The notes under the pieces were generated by a model. It was not told where the DNA came from. It was given only the letters and a program-made list of their open reading frames with translations, and made no database searches. From the IMG/VR virus record IMGVR_UViG_3300025808_000016, positions 1 to 29,193 of that record: a stretch of 29,193 bases of DNA; one strand, 5' to 3'. This document shows, one piece after another, positions 15,748-24,676 of this stretch. Positions within the stretch are counted from its first letter, which is position 1; the number at the start of each line of letters is the position of its first letter. The stretch comes from a virus. Taxonomy: Duplodnaviria; Caudoviricetes. Both the position numbers and the translations under genes were made by a program.

Positions 15748-16959
15748 TTATTTCCCAATGCCTATCAAATCCCCAACTCTCTCTTTGTTTAACTGCTTTG
15801 GTTTTACTGGTACCATTGTCCAGCCTGTTAGCACACCACCATCAACATTTAGGACAATATAAATCGATTTACCACGGAACTCATAAGCACTAATGATTCT
15901 GCGTCTTATAACCACTTGGCCGTTGATTTTATGTTGCTCAAAGTTCTGCCAAACTTCATACGGTTCGTTCAGTGTTTGAATCATCATTGGCAAATAGACA
16001 CCCCTGTTTGCTTTGAGATGGCTAGCCAAAAACTCAGCATTAATCAGGACAGGCAATCCAGATACATCAAAAACTTTGGTGTCACCACCTATAAGCATCT
16101 TCAGCATTTCGGTTTTGTCAGTGTTTAAATCCAAACCTTCAGGTGGGTGGTATTTTGCGAGAGGTATCTCTTGAGGCCCCCCGAAGTCCTGCCACGTTGT
16201 TGCAATCAAAGGTTGCCATAGTTTTACATTCTCAAACTTTGACCTTATATCGTCATAGACACGTTGCTGCATAACCTCACCCCATGCCGCTCTTCCTGGG
16301 TTGTAAGCAAAACCAGCATCAACCCCTTCAGCTACTTTGACGATGCGAGGATTAGTTCGAACCCCAACAGTCTTGTCTCGCCAAACAGTGTCAGGAGCTT
16401 TAGAAACGGTTAGTCCTTTACGCTCAATATCTCTTGCTGACAGAGTCCGCACATAACACTGACAACCCCAACCGTTGGGTGGGTAGTGAACATCCCACCA
16501 AGGATCATCAGCCATTAGCACCATGCCATCCCACCACAAATGGTTTTGACGGGCGTTCTCAGAGGCAATGGAATGTTTATATTGCCAATAAGGCCGTGAA
16601 CGCTTAACTTGCTGCATTTGTTGATATCGACCAGCGGAATAGGCTGTGCGAAGGTTGGTGTCGTAAATCACTCTGGTGCGCCAATTACGACCACCGTTAT
16701 AGCTCCACCCATGTTTTTTAACAATCGTATCAAACTCTTTACGGAAGTCTGTCAAAGTGCTTTGACCATTAATGCCCTTGGCTATGGCTTGCTGAAAATC
16801 GGCTAATAAATCATCTTTCATAGCACCAGCAACAACAAACGCTTTAGCGTGTTGCTGTTGCCAGATATCTGACCAAGTGGCTGAGGGTAGTCGCAATTTG
16901 TTTTTGAAAAAGTCTATTTTCTCTTGGAATTTAATAGAGCCATATTTCGTTTCAGGCAT
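15748..16959 (-). CDS. Mu gpF-like minor head protein with a C-terminal putative PBECR-type nuclease domain
   Basis: TNLRTAYSAGR, RPYWQY, PPNGWGCQC (MuF), followed by an extension with PYEVW...RRRII...GWT...R.G. Confidence 0.85.
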   Translation of the reverse strand: MPETKYGSIKFQEKIDFFKNKLRLPSATWSDIWQQQHAKAFVVAGAMKDDLLADFQQAIAKGINGQSTLTDFRKEFDTIVKKHGWSYNGGRNWRTRVIYDTNLRTAYSAGRYQQMQQVKRSRPYWQYKHSIASENARQNHLWWDGMVLMADDPWWDVHYPPNGWGCQCYVRTLSARDIERKGLTVSKAPDTVWRDKTVGVRTNPRIVKVAEGVDAGFAYNPGRAAWGEVMQQRVYDDIRSKFENVKLWQPLIATTWQDFGGPQEIPLAKYHPPEGLDLNTDKTEMLKMLIGGDTKVFDVSGLPVLINAEFLASHLKANRGVYLPMMIQTLNEPYEVWQNFEQHKINGQVVIRRRIISAYEFRGKSIYIVLNVDGGVLTGWTMVPVKPKQLNKERVGDLIGIGK

Positions 16960-16961
16960 TT

Positions 16962-18578
16962 TTAAACCCCGCTTAAAGCTTCTTCAAAGACGTCATAACG
17001 ACCTTGTAATTCTGCTAAAACCATCGCCTGAGCCAATAGGTCTGCCATTTGGCTCATATCCTGATTTGCTAAATCTAGCAAACCTTGTTGCATACCCTCA
17101 AAGCTTTCAGCCGTCTCTACCAAAACGCGCAATTGCTCAACCAAGTCGGTAGCTGCTGGGTCAGCAGCAGTCTCTAAATCGCTTGATATCTTGTCGGCGG
17201 CTGTAATAGATTGTGGCTGGGCATTAAGAGCAGCTGTCTTACAGTCACCGCACTGACACCCATTAACCGCTGATTCATTAACTAGTGCGGCTGTGTTAGC
17301 TGCTTGCACCGACGCTGACTGTAAAATATCCTCTTCATCTTCATCTTCAGGCTCTGGGATTTGGGTTTGTTTATGTAGCCACTTTTTACTGATACTCATC
17401 CCCATTTGTTGCAGCTTTGGGATAGAGTCTGCAAGCAGCTTAATGTCTTCCGCTTCTTCAGTAATGAATTCGAATTTTGGACAGCGGAAAAAGCTGTGGA
17501 TGCCGTTCTGATTGAAAACCACCATCGGCCAGAGCAAGTCGCGAGAGAGTGTCTTGGCGATTTGGCGCAAGTCGGCATCACGAATGTCGTAACGGACTTC
17601 GTTATGTATTTGACCCAGCGCATAAGCGCCGCCACTGTCAGTGCCACTGGTTAGCGTTGCGCCCAGAATGGCTTTTGAGATTGTGCGCTCAGCCCAATTA
17701 ACCAGCGCCAAGAATGGTTCAGACTGGCCTTTTGCAGCCTCTTTGAACTCTAATGCCATTGAATCCGGTATGATGCCGGCAGCATTGTGTCCGATCTCCA
17801 CTACGGCTTGTAGTAATCTGGATTTTTCATTATCCGTTGCGCCGGATGGATATTTACCCAGCCGCAATGGCAGGCCGTAAATCTCCAGAAACTCTGCCAA
17901 GTCGCGCAGCGAATAGTTTTTGAATAGGTAAGGCCAGGCCAGGGCGCGAACCAACCCGGCTCGACCCAAATAACCCGACTTTGATTTGTGCTGATGGACA
18001 ACCCAACCGCCCGGCCATAAGTCTTGACCCAACCCATCCGAGCCGATCAGTTGTAATTGGTTATGATTTTCAAAGGGCGTCATAAACCAGCTTTGGGGCA
18101 CCCACTCCAGATTGACGGGTACGCGACTGCCTTCGATCAATTGCCATTCGATGGTTTGAGCTGCATAGCCTTTAAGGATGGCATCTGCCATATCCATAAT
18201 GATTTCGGCCATATCGAGATGGGCAAGGCGTTCGGTAAGCCATTCCGCAATTGCGGCTTCTTGTTTGGTGGCATTAACCGGAGGAGTGATTTTCCATGCG
18301 ACAGTGGTCAGGGCTAGTTTGCGCTTTTGTAGTTCAGCAAAGATATGGCCGTCTTTTTCTTCCATATCTGCGGCTAGTTCGGCTTGATCGGTTAGTTGGT
18401 GTTGTTCGGCATCAGTCATTATTTGAGCCAAGCGATGCGGGGTTAGCCCACTGGATGGGTGTTCGTCATAACGTAGACTTAAACCGGATATACGGGCTTC
18501 GTCAGTTTGTACGGTATCCAGTGCTGCTTTTTCAAATGGTTGACCAGTTTTGGGGTCGATGATATTGCTTTTAGCCAT
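16962..18578 (-). CDS. portal protein (Mu gp29/DUF935)
   Basis: DMEEKDGHI, FLEIYGLPLRLGKYP, SKAILGATLT. Confidence 0.93.
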   Translation of the reverse strand: MAKSNIIDPKTGQPFEKAALDTVQTDEARISGLSLRYDEHPSSGLTPHRLAQIMTDAEQHQLTDQAELAADMEEKDGHIFAELQKRKLALTTVAWKITPPVNATKQEAAIAEWLTERLAHLDMAEIIMDMADAILKGYAAQTIEWQLIEGSRVPVNLEWVPQSWFMTPFENHNQLQLIGSDGLGQDLWPGGWVVHQHKSKSGYLGRAGLVRALAWPYLFKNYSLRDLAEFLEIYGLPLRLGKYPSGATDNEKSRLLQAVVEIGHNAAGIIPDSMALEFKEAAKGQSEPFLALVNWAERTISKAILGATLTSGTDSGGAYALGQIHNEVRYDIRDADLRQIAKTLSRDLLWPMVVFNQNGIHSFFRCPKFEFITEEAEDIKLLADSIPKLQQMGMSISKKWLHKQTQIPEPEDEDEEDILQSASVQAANTAALVNESAVNGCQCGDCKTAALNAQPQSITAADKISSDLETAADPAATDLVEQLRVLVETAESFEGMQQGLLDLANQDMSQMADLLAQAMVLAELQGRYDVFEEALSGV

Positions 18579-20116
18579 TACCAGGCTCCTTGCTTGTTAA
18601 AGTGGCCGTCAGTGCGATAGCCCATCTCATTTGTTTCGTTCGCTTTGGATGCGGCTGTCCAGTCGGCTTCCCATAAATCTTCAAGTGATGCGGAATAGGC
18701 CATTGCTATGGCTATGGCTGCATCGCCGTGACGACCTTTTTTTTTGTCAGTTTGGCCGTCGGGTATTTTTGGAATGCCTTTAATTATTTGTATGGCACGC
18801 AGGTCATTGAGAACGTCTGCATCTTTAGGGATGCTTATCGTGTCATCTTCAAAGGCGGCTTTCATTTTTGGCATGTTTTCCAGGTACCAGCCTTGACTTA
18901 ACATGACCTGCTCAATGCGGCTACCGTATTTATAAGCAGCTTGCTCAGCCAGGTACTGCCCGTTGCCTCGTGCGTCGAACTTGCCCGCCATAAAACGCGG
19001 TAGGCGGTCGCAAATGTAGTACACAATTTGTTCTTGATTTTTAAAGGGGATATTTTTAAGCTCCACTAAAAATGGCACGCTGCGTTTAAGCGTTTGGCTT
19101 AATGCCATAGGACTAAGCACGGTTAGATCACCAGATCTGGCAAAGTCTTCACCAAACGCATGTTGCTCATCTGGGTTTAGTCTTTCAAGCAAGGGCAATA
19201 GATTGGTGCGACACCAATCCTCTATTTCCGCTTTGCGCAAATGCTCCGGCCAGGTGTTAAATTCTGTAGTGCCTTCATATCTGATAATAGGCGCATCAAA
19301 CATGCAGGACTCAATTAGCATGCGGCTTAGATAAGAACCACCGCCTTGTTTGGGTTCACAATAGTATTCTTCTAAGGCATCTTCTCGGGTTGCGGTGTCT
19401 TTGAGCAGATTGGCTTTCCATTCATCTTCAGCAGCTTGAGACCATTCAATGCCGCGAATCTGGCAAATGCGCTTGTAAAGACCTTGCTCACAGGCATCAT
19501 CTAGCGTAATGCGGTGTACTGAATAGCGTTTCTTTTTTGCACGTGAATCCTGAATAATCTCATTAAATAGATTGTCCCAGCCGTTATGGGTTGAAATGAT
19601 GCGAACCTTGGCTCCCCACATGGTTAGGGCGAGGGCAGCCTTTAGAACCTCGGCTAATCGCTCATGAAAGGCAGCCTCGTCGATGGTGACATTACCTTGG
19701 CGACCACGAAGGTTAGAGGGGTTAGAGGATAGCGCTTGGATCTTAAACCCTGAAGCAAAGCGAATGTTAAAAGTCAGGATATCTTTATCTTCATCCTCAA
19801 ATATTTCCTCTTCGATTTCTCCCGCTGCTTTATTGAACATCTTTGCCCACATGGCACATGCATCAATAAATTCGATAGCCATCTCTTTATTGGAACCAAT
19901 ATAAAAATGATTGGTACCGCCAGCTGATTTCTCAGAGCTGGCACAAAGTACTGCATCAGCTGCTTCCGCCCAAGTTAAACCTGTACGACGTGATTTTTCA
20001 GCAATCTTCAGAGGGGAGTCATCTGCTATCCATTTTTTTTGATATTGAAGCAGCACCTCGTTTGAGTCATATTCGTAGATGACATCATGCTCAACTTGAG
20101 CAACCTTAGTCATCAT
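18578..20116 (-). CDS. terminase large subunit (Mu gp28 type)
   Basis: EKSRRTGLTW, IDEAAFH, GEDFARSGDL, RHGDAAIA. Confidence 0.95.
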   Translation of the reverse strand: MMTKVAQVEHDVIYEYDSNEVLLQYQKKWIADDSPLKIAEKSRRTGLTWAEAADAVLCASSEKSAGGTNHFYIGSNKEMAIEFIDACAMWAKMFNKAAGEIEEEIFEDEDKDILTFNIRFASGFKIQALSSNPSNLRGRQGNVTIDEAAFHERLAEVLKAALALTMWGAKVRIISTHNGWDNLFNEIIQDSRAKKKRYSVHRITLDDACEQGLYKRICQIRGIEWSQAAEDEWKANLLKDTATREDALEEYYCEPKQGGGSYLSRMLIESCMFDAPIIRYEGTTEFNTWPEHLRKAEIEDWCRTNLLPLLERLNPDEQHAFGEDFARSGDLTVLSPMALSQTLKRSVPFLVELKNIPFKNQEQIVYYICDRLPRFMAGKFDARGNGQYLAEQAAYKYGSRIEQVMLSQGWYLENMPKMKAAFEDDTISIPKDADVLNDLRAIQIIKGIPKIPDGQTDKKKGRHGDAAIAIAMAYSASLEDLWEADWTAASKANETNEMGYRTDGHFNKQGAW

Positions 20117-20676
20117 GTAATTCCTAAGATTTGGTTTTTAATAGATTGAACCGCTTCAATTGTCAGGCCTTGTGACTTGGCAGCATCTTCCATTGCATCA
20201 ACAGCTTCTTGTTGAGCACGTTTACGGATTTCGGCTTCACGCTTGGAGTTGATTGAGGCGGCGTTTTCAAGCTGCTGCATGGATAGGGCTAGGTTCTTGA
20301 TCATCTTGGCGAGTTCGGGTGCCATGTCTGGGTCGATGGTTTCGCCTTGCATTTTTAAGATGATGTCAAACACCATGGTGCGTATCATCTCGTTTACGAG
20401 CTTGCCGACTTCACCGGATTGATCTTCACCGAATCGATCAATGTACATTTTGGCGACTTCGCGTGATTCACGCAGCTTTGCACCGACTTTTTCCATTTTC
20501 CGGGCATAGCGATTGACGGCACTTTTGGAAACTTCAATGCCAACTTGAGTGCGCTCAAGCACTTCATTAATTAAGGCAGTGGCCTCCATTTGGGTGATGC
20601 GCGGGTCACGCAACAAGGCTTGCAGTTGCTCTAAAATGTCTTGTGGCAGTTTTTCGACAGTGGATTGGCGAGCCAT
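20113..20676 (-). CDS. putative terminase small subunit (Mu gp27/DUF3486)
   Basis: MARQSTVEKLP...SKSAVNRY; start taken at the ATG just after the upstream gene's stop. Confidence 0.85.
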   Translation of the reverse strand: MARQSTVEKLPQDILEQLQALLRDPRITQMEATALINEVLERTQVGIEVSKSAVNRYARKMEKVGAKLRESREVAKMYIDRFGEDQSGEVGKLVNEMIRTMVFDIILKMQGETIDPDMAPELAKMIKNLALSMQQLENAASINSKREAEIRKRAQQEAVDAMEDAAKSQGLTIEAVQSIKNQILGIT

Positions 20677-20677
20677 A

Positions 20678-20977
20678 TTAAAACCCCTTGCGAGCAATGC
20701 CGTGTGCATTAACGGCACCTTGAGCGACATCTGCACCGCGTTGAGTCAACTTGGCGATGGTTAACCCCATCACTTCATCGAGTTCGACCATACCTTGTTC
20801 TTGCAGCCAGGATAGCTCGGTTAATAGCTTGTCGCTTGAGACCGAATGCCCAACTGATGACAGTGCGCGCCGAATCACGTTGGCGTTATGCGCATAGCCG
20901 GGGTCTTGTTCGAGCACTTCTAAAATAGTGCGGCGTTGGTCTTCTGTTTCGAGTTGCGCAAAGTTTTTGTGGCTCAT
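20678..20977 (-). CDS. Mu gp26-like winged-helix protein
   Basis: EDQRRTILEVL...LSWLQEQG...LTQRGADVAQG. Confidence 0.85.
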   Translation of the reverse strand: MSHKNFAQLETEDQRRTILEVLEQDPGYAHNANVIRRALSSVGHSVSSDKLLTELSWLQEQGMVELDEVMGLTIAKLTQRGADVAQGAVNAHGIARKGF

Positions 20978-20978
20978 T

Positions 20979-21341
20979 TCAATGTCCTTTTGTAATCAGA
21001 TAATCGTGGATTCGTTTAACCGCTTCACTGGTTTGTTTAAACTCACCAGACAGGGTGTGCTGCTCGTCAGATAGCTTGTTGAGCCGGTTATGGATTAGCA
21101 CTAAATCTTCTTTTTGATCTTTCGGCAGTCGCTCTTCCATGCGAATAACCCTGTCCTTGATTTCGTCATGCTTTTGCACAATATCGCTGTGCTTGGCTAA
21201 AAACTCGGTTTCAATCGATTTGATCGAGCTGGTATTTACACGGCTCCTGCTTGTCACAAAAATGTATGCCGCTAAAACGACTGTGCCAACAAAGTTGAGC
21301 ACAGCTATCCAAAACTTCCAGAACTCATAATCAATATCCAT
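20979..21341 (-). CDS. Mu gp25-like membrane-anchored coiled-coil protein (DUF2730-like)
   Basis: N-terminal transmembrane segment then coiled coil; lies between holin and gp26. Confidence 0.65.
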   Translation of the reverse strand: MDIDYEFWKFWIAVLNFVGTVVLAAYIFVTSRSRVNTSSIKSIETEFLAKHSDIVQKHDEIKDRVIRMEERLPKDQKEDLVLIHNRLNKLSDEQHTLSGEFKQTSEAVKRIHDYLITKGH

Positions 21342-21342
21342 G

Positions 21343-21900
21343 CTAACCCCGCTTAACCGGGCGTGAGCCAAACCACCAAGTGACGGCAGTGGTCGCTAGG
21401 AAGATACAGGCATTAACAACATCTCTGAGCATGGTCTGTGCTTCACTTGCATCAAGCCACTGGCCATTATTGATTTGCATTAACTGATAAGAGATGACGG
21501 CCATCAAGATCGCAAAGTAAAGGGTTAGGGTCGGTCGCATTAATCCGCGTATTGCATCCACAAACCCACCGCCATAGGTTGCTTTATCCATTCTGTAACT
21601 GGATTTGACCAATGCCATTTCACCTTGCTCAACGTCGGCAGCAGCTTGGGCTTCGGTAGCCAGTCGGTTTTGACTGGCAACAGCAATATCCCGTTTAGTT
21701 TCGGCTTCGACTTCTTTCATTCGCAAACTATGTTCAAGTGTCATTTCTTCTTGGTCGAGCTTGCGCATTTGCAGTTCAAACGCTTGCTTGGCTTGCTCTG
21801 CTTTGTGGTCTGCCCACATTTTGATGCCTGTGCCAAATACGCCGAGTAGGCCGCCTGATGCTGCGGAACCAATGCCCGCTAAAATAGTGCCGATATCCAT
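21343..21900 (-). CDS. putative holin (3TM/GTA-holin-like)
   Basis: RGLMRPTLT...WWFGSR motif with hydrophobic segments. Confidence 0.7.
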   Translation of the reverse strand: MDIGTILAGIGSAASGGLLGVFGTGIKMWADHKAEQAKQAFELQMRKLDQEEMTLEHSLRMKEVEAETKRDIAVASQNRLATEAQAAADVEQGEMALVKSSYRMDKATYGGGFVDAIRGLMRPTLTLYFAILMAVISYQLMQINNGQWLDASEAQTMLRDVVNACIFLATTAVTWWFGSRPVKRG

Positions 21901-22322
21901 TAGTAAACCTCCAAATAAAAATCTTGTCGTTGCGTTGCTTGGTGTAATTTTCTGAGCGCTGCTCGGCTTGCCAAGCCTGCGACTTGACCATTAATGGCAC
22001 CGATACGGGATGCGGGTAGAAAACAGCCCCAGGAGTCGGTGCGATAACCTAAATCAGTGTCGCCGGCGTAATTGCCCCCGTGGATTAGGATGCCGGATCG
22101 ACCTGGTACGTCGGTAATGTGATAGACATCGTGATATTTGCCGGAGCCTGAGCGGGGTAGATATTTAACGAGATAGCGGCCACGGGGGATGCGGGAGAAG
22201 TTGGGTTGGTTGTCGCGCTCGGGCAGTTCCATCATGTAACAGATCTTGTGGCCGTCGAGCATTAACATGCCTGGCGTGCCTTGGTCGGATGAGCTGGCGC
22301 TGTATAGTCTTAGTGTTTTCAT
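21900..22322 (-). CDS. DUF5675-like protein, putative endolysin
   Basis: ELP...IP.G.Y...VPGRSGILIHGGN...DSWGC; sits in the lysin position. Confidence 0.75.
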   Translation of the reverse strand: MKTLRLYSASSSDQGTPGMLMLDGHKICYMMELPERDNQPNFSRIPRGRYLVKYLPRSGSGKYHDVYHITDVPGRSGILIHGGNYAGDTDLGYRTDSWGCFLPASRIGAINGQVAGLASRAALRKLHQATQRQDFYLEVY

Positions 22323-22372
22323 GCCTCCATTTTAGAGGCATAACGATAGGGGTGAATTTCAAGCGCTTGAGA
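22320..22372 (-). promoter_or_regulatory. putative Mor/C-activated late promoter (copy 2)
   Basis: TCAA-N4-TTGA dyad, TAAAAT -10 and ATG-overlapping hairpin; twin of 14898-14950. Confidence 0.65.
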
Positions 22373-22384
22373 AGATTTTTGGGC

Positions 22385-22412
22385 AATAAAAAACCCGCTT
22401 TAAGCGGGCTTT
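22385..22412 (-). terminator. rho-independent terminator
   Basis: CCCGCT-TAA-AGCGGG followed by TTTTTTATT on the minus strand. Confidence 0.8.
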
Positions 22413-22433
22413 AAATTTAATTATAACGGTTTT

Positions 22434-22640
22434 TTAAGCCGCTTGTTTTGATTGGTTTTGCAGTTGATCGAAAACCTTTTCCTCTTCGTCTTCGAGCAAT
22501 TTAAGCAACCCACCGATATGGTGTAGCTGTACAAACATACCCGCATCAGCTGCCTGTTCACAGGCTTGTAATAGTCCAGCGATGGCTTTACGGGCGTTGT
22601 GGATTTGCCAGAGGCGGTCGATGATTTGACTATTACTCAT
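22434..22640 (-). CDS. hypothetical protein coupled to the antirepressor
   Basis: 68 aa with ATGA overlap and GGAG SD. Confidence 0.65.
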   Translation of the reverse strand: MSNSQIIDRLWQIHNARKAIAGLLQACEQAADAGMFVQLHHIGGLLKLLEDEEEKVFDQLQNQSKQAA

Positions 22641-23371
22641 GATGCTGCTCCTGCTTGTTTGATGCGGTTTTTGATGGTTTCGCCGGAGCAGCTGTAGTCT
22701 TTTGCTATGGAGTTGTAGCTTTCGCCGTTATCTCGGCGCCGGATCATGTCGTCCAGTTGCGCGGTGGTGTAGTTTTTGGCGGGGAGCACGGGGCGTTGTG
22801 GGCGGTCGATGATGCTGAGGTCGGCCAGCTGGTGCTGATGCTTTGATATGATTGGTTTGGAGGTGTCGCAGAGTTTGGCGATTTCGGACTGAGTCAGTCC
22901 GAGCTGGGTGTAGCGGTGTATTTGCCCCAACACAGGGTTGCTGTCGAGCAGGCTTTTAGTGAGTTGATGGATGGTTTGGTCTTTGGTTTCGCGCACTTCT
23001 CTGAGCATTTTTTGCAGTTTTGGGATTTCGGCACGGGCGTGGTCTTCGACCTGAATAAAGTATTTACGGGCTTGGCGGCCTTTTTCATTACGCTCGGCCA
23101 TAGAGATGTGTTTGGCGGCTTCGATGGTTAAGAAATACTCGGTGTATTCACGACTTAATAAACCCTTACGCACAGTTTTGTGCGTTGTAAAGTCTTGATT
23201 TTCTTCAAATCCTAATAATTCAATGCGTCGTTTAATCCATTGGTCGAAGCGGTCATTTACTTCTAAAAACTGGTGCAGTTCTGTGGCGGATACGGTTTCG
23301 GTAAAGCCATTGCCAAGGTCGGCGTAGTTGATGGATAGGACTGAGGTTTGATTTAAGTTGATTTTGCACAT
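22637..23371 (-). CDS. AntA/AntB-family antirepressor with C-terminal HTH-like motifs
   Basis: VSATELHQFLEV...WIKRRI...EY.LT...AK..SM.ERNEKGRQARKYFI; later LTQSEIAK and ESYNSIAK helices. Confidence 0.88.
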   Translation of the reverse strand: MCKINLNQTSVLSINYADLGNGFTETVSATELHQFLEVNDRFDQWIKRRIELLGFEENQDFTTHKTVRKGLLSREYTEYFLTIEAAKHISMAERNEKGRQARKYFIQVEDHARAEIPKLQKMLREVRETKDQTIHQLTKSLLDSNPVLGQIHRYTQLGLTQSEIAKLCDTSKPIISKHQHQLADLSIIDRPQRPVLPAKNYTTAQLDDMIRRRDNGESYNSIAKDYSCSGETIKNRIKQAGAAS

Positions 23372-23419
23372 GATGTGACTCCCTGTATTACATTAAGTTA
23401 CCCACTATCTGGATTAATG

Positions 23420-23500
23420 GGTGTTCGGGAGGTTCAGACCTGACAGGGCAGGCTGGCTTATTTCCCCGAAGGGTCTTGTATTAAGCCAACTCCCGAACAT
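23420..23500 (-). ncRNA. C4-like structured antisense RNA candidate
   Basis: Nested stems 23422-23431/23490-23499 and 23454-23460/23482-23488 plus a C(UUCG)G hairpin; an unpaired arm is complementary to sites upstream and at the ant SD. Confidence 0.6.
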
Positions 23501-23631
23501 GGTGTAATGCTCGGAGTTTGGATACAAAAAAACCGCCAATAATGACCAGGCCTGGTGATTATTCACTCAGTTTTGCCTGATTTTGGCGGTTTTAATTTCA
23601 CCGCCTGTAAGGGTCTGAAGCCTCGGTCACT

Positions 23632-23659
23632 ATATTACTGGTTTTTTTGGGTTTGTCAA
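23632..23659 (-). promoter_or_regulatory. sigma70-like promoter for the C4-like RNA/antirepressor unit
   Basis: TTGACA-16 nt-TAATAT. Confidence 0.55.
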
Positions 23660-23757
23660 AGTTTTTTGGGTGCCCTTGTCGCTGACCAAACTAAACCAGT
23701 CTGAAACCCCCTATTTATCAGGGTTTGTGTTTAGTATGGTCTGTTTGGTTAGGTTGG

Positions 23758-24666
23758 TTAGTTCTCTATTAGATGATATAGCGTGGCGTTTTTAGCACCT
23801 TTTTTGGTTACCCAGTAAAGGTCTTCAAACTGTTCTAGCTTGGTACGCATTTGTTTATGATCAATTGAGTAACCTGCCTCCTCTAGTAGATCGCGCTTGT
23901 TGATACCTGGTTGTTTGGCAATCACTGACTTAATATCTCCAATAAATATCCTATCGGCCTCAGTAATGCGTGCGACGGTTAGGTCAATTAACGATAAGGA
24001 TAGATCGCTGACTTTGACTGATAGTGCCGTATCCTTGACGGGTAGGCGTTCTTTTTCTGAATTTAGGATGACGCGCAATTCGCCTTCTTTTGACTCTGTT
24101 TTTTCGATACGGTACATAGCATCAACCGCATCACGGATGTTGTTTGAGCCTTGGTAGTTTGATCCTGATTTATTGGTATGGCTAATGATGATAATTGTGG
24201 CTCCGGCGTCACGCAGGTCGGTAATCTTTTTCATGGCCTCGTTGGCTTTGTTGTCATTGCCAAGGTCAAAGAAGTTTTTGAGACTGTCTAGTACTATTAA
24301 GGTGTCTTTATATCCATCTTTTACTGCGCCTTCATGCATGTTATTGATCATATCTGATGCGTGCAGGTTGGTAGTTGAGCGGTGGATATAGATGATGTTT
24401 TTGCGATATCCGATAAGCTTTTCTTGTAGCCCTCGTTCCGCAATGGCTATTTTTGAGTTGTCGTAGTCAAGATATAGACACCTCATTCCGTTTGTTAGTG
24501 CGTATTGTGCGAGCGCAGTGGTAACAAAGCTTTTGCCTTGACCACCCTCCGCATATAACAGGGTGACGGTTTCTTTAGCGATACAATTTGGGAGCAACCA
24601 TTCTATTGTTTGATCGCTGGCAAAATGGTCTGGCGTAAGGGCGTATTGTCTTAGTGATTCAAACAT
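23758..24666 (-). CDS. RecA-fold AAA ATPase (AAA_25 / RepA-helicase-like)
   Basis: Walker A AEGGQGKS, YLDYDN, Walker B LIVLDSL, IISHTNK..YQGS. Confidence 0.8.
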   Translation of the reverse strand: MFESLRQYALTPDHFASDQTIEWLLPNCIAKETVTLLYAEGGQGKSFVTTALAQYALTNGMRCLYLDYDNSKIAIAERGLQEKLIGYRKNIIYIHRSTTNLHASDMINNMHEGAVKDGYKDTLIVLDSLKNFFDLGNDNKANEAMKKITDLRDAGATIIIISHTNKSGSNYQGSNNIRDAVDAMYRIEKTESKEGELRVILNSEKERLPVKDTALSVKVSDLSLSLIDLTVARITEADRIFIGDIKSVIAKQPGINKRDLLEEAGYSIDHKQMRTKLEQFEDLYWVTKKGAKNATLYHLIEN

Positions 24667-24676
24667 TATCGGTGTC

